A DNA stretch of 64,000 nucleotides from Eubacteriales bacterium (GTDB taxonomy: Bacteria; Bacillota; Clostridia; Oscillospirales; CAG-272): contig JAZRHO010000026.1 of assembly GCA_045644805.1 (NCBI GenBank), positions 1,483 to 65,482 on the forward strand. The letters run 5' to 3'. A program made the position numbers and the translations under genes. The notes beneath the pieces were generated by a model. The model saw only the letters and a program-made list of their open reading frames with translations. It did no database searches and was not told the DNA's origin. Below are positions 63,376 through 64,000 of this stretch, piece after piece; position 1 is the first letter of the stretch, and each line of letters opens with the position of its first letter.

Positions 63376-64000
63376 TTACAGAGCTCCTCCTTTTGATTCT
63401 TCTCTTTTGCTTTTTTCAGCAAGGTATTCGCGAAGCTTGGCTTTGGCAAGCTTATTCGTTTCAACAAGCGGCTTTGCGGCAGGGCAAATATACGAGCAGC
63501 AACCGCATTCCATACATATATCAACTCGAAGGCGCTTGAGCTCTTCCATATTTGCGCCTCGGTAGGCTCTCATATACGCAGCAGGATTAAGGCTCAAGGG
63601 GCAATGATTCGCGCATGCGCCGCAATGTATACAAGCTGTTTCCTTTTTTGCATGAGTATCGCTAGCTTTAAGCGCGAGAATCGCATTTGTATTTTTCATA
63701 ACAGGAAGTTTCAGATCAACCACCGAGCTTCCCATCATAGGACCGCCCAGCAAAATGGTATATGGAGTTTCTGTAAGACCACCTGCAAATTCAAGAACCT
63801 CTTCGATTGGAGTTCCTATCGGAACACTTACGTTCATAGGCGATTTTACAGCGCCTCCGTCAACAGTAACACACTTGCGTACAAGCGGTATTCCCGTTTT
63901 TATATAGTTTCCTATTGCGGCTACGGTTGTACAGTTAGAAACAATAGCTCCAACATCAATAGGCAGCTTACCTGCGGGAATCACTTTACCCGTGGTATGG
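63376..64000 (-). CDS. rnfC: Rnf complex subunit C, C-terminal part (the 5' end lies outside the window)
   Basis: CIHCGACANHCP and CMECGCCSYICP ferredoxin motifs. The reading frame stays open to the window edge. Confidence 0.9.
   Translation of the reverse strand, partial: HTTGKVIPAGKLPIDVGAIVSNCTTVAAIGNYIKTGIPLVRKCVTVDGGAVKSPMNVSVPIGTPIEEVLEFAGGLTETPYTILLGGPMMGSSVVDLKLPVMKNTNAILALKASDTHAKKETACIHCGACANHCPLSLNPAAYMRAYRGANMEELKRLRVDICMECGCCSYICPAAKPLVETNKLAKAKLREYLAEKSKREESKGGAL

Noticed and set aside
1-64000. CRISPR arrays, IS elements, transposases, toxin-antitoxin pairs, restriction-modification or other defence systems.
   Set aside because: No regularly spaced repeats, no transposase-, integrase- or nuclease-like ORFs, and no small paired ORFs of TA type were seen.

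Overview
This 64-kb chromosomal window looks like a spore-forming, moderately AT-rich member of the Clostridia. The pointers are spoIIR, yaaT/ricT, a SCIFF peptide system, an rnf complex, a clostridial 2x[4Fe-4S] ferredoxin and GGAGG-type ribosome-binding sites. No integrases, transposases, CRISPR arrays or rRNA are visible. I count about 57 CDS and one tRNA-Lys(UUU).

Ordinary housekeeping content:
- L-asparaginase (5' fragment), spoIIR, smpB, galM and tyrS.
- metG-tatD-radical SAM, and holB-yaaT.
- Ferredoxin, trmN6-like methyltransferase, rsmI, dCMP deaminase, an AlaX-type editing protein and an RluA-family synthase.
- A complete nine-gene aromatic amino-acid operon: aminotransferase, pheA, aroB, aroC, an aroE/aroK fusion, aroQ, aroA, tyrA and DAHP synthase.

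Regions worth a second look:
1. A 13-kb, seven-gene minus-strand operon (41493-54663). It encodes a 1139-aa solute-binding protein fused to CBM-like modules, two separate ABC permease pairs, a 720-aa NHL-propeller/TPR/Yip1 membrane protein and an unassignable 1177-aa exoprotein. It has no ATPase, hydrolase or regulator.
2. A 1615-aa surface protein built from MBG-type repeats. Its cytoplasmic tail after the single TM helix resembles the C-terminal domain of ribosomal protein uL15.
3. A promoter, a 30-codon Phe/Tyr/His-rich ORF and a strong terminator sitting directly upstream of the aromatic operon. This could be a leader-peptide attenuator, which would be unusual for a Firmicute.
4. An orphan PqqD (RRE) + S24-like peptidase operon next to a half-size, catalytically gutted enolase paralog.
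5. The scfA/scfB SCIFF pair.
6. rnfCDGEAB with a double-length RnfG, followed by NusG-II, Gx transporter, a tandem FMN-bind-like lipoprotein (AGCT in place of SGAT) and ApbE.

All calls rest on reading the translated ORFs and the DNA by eye. No database search was run.
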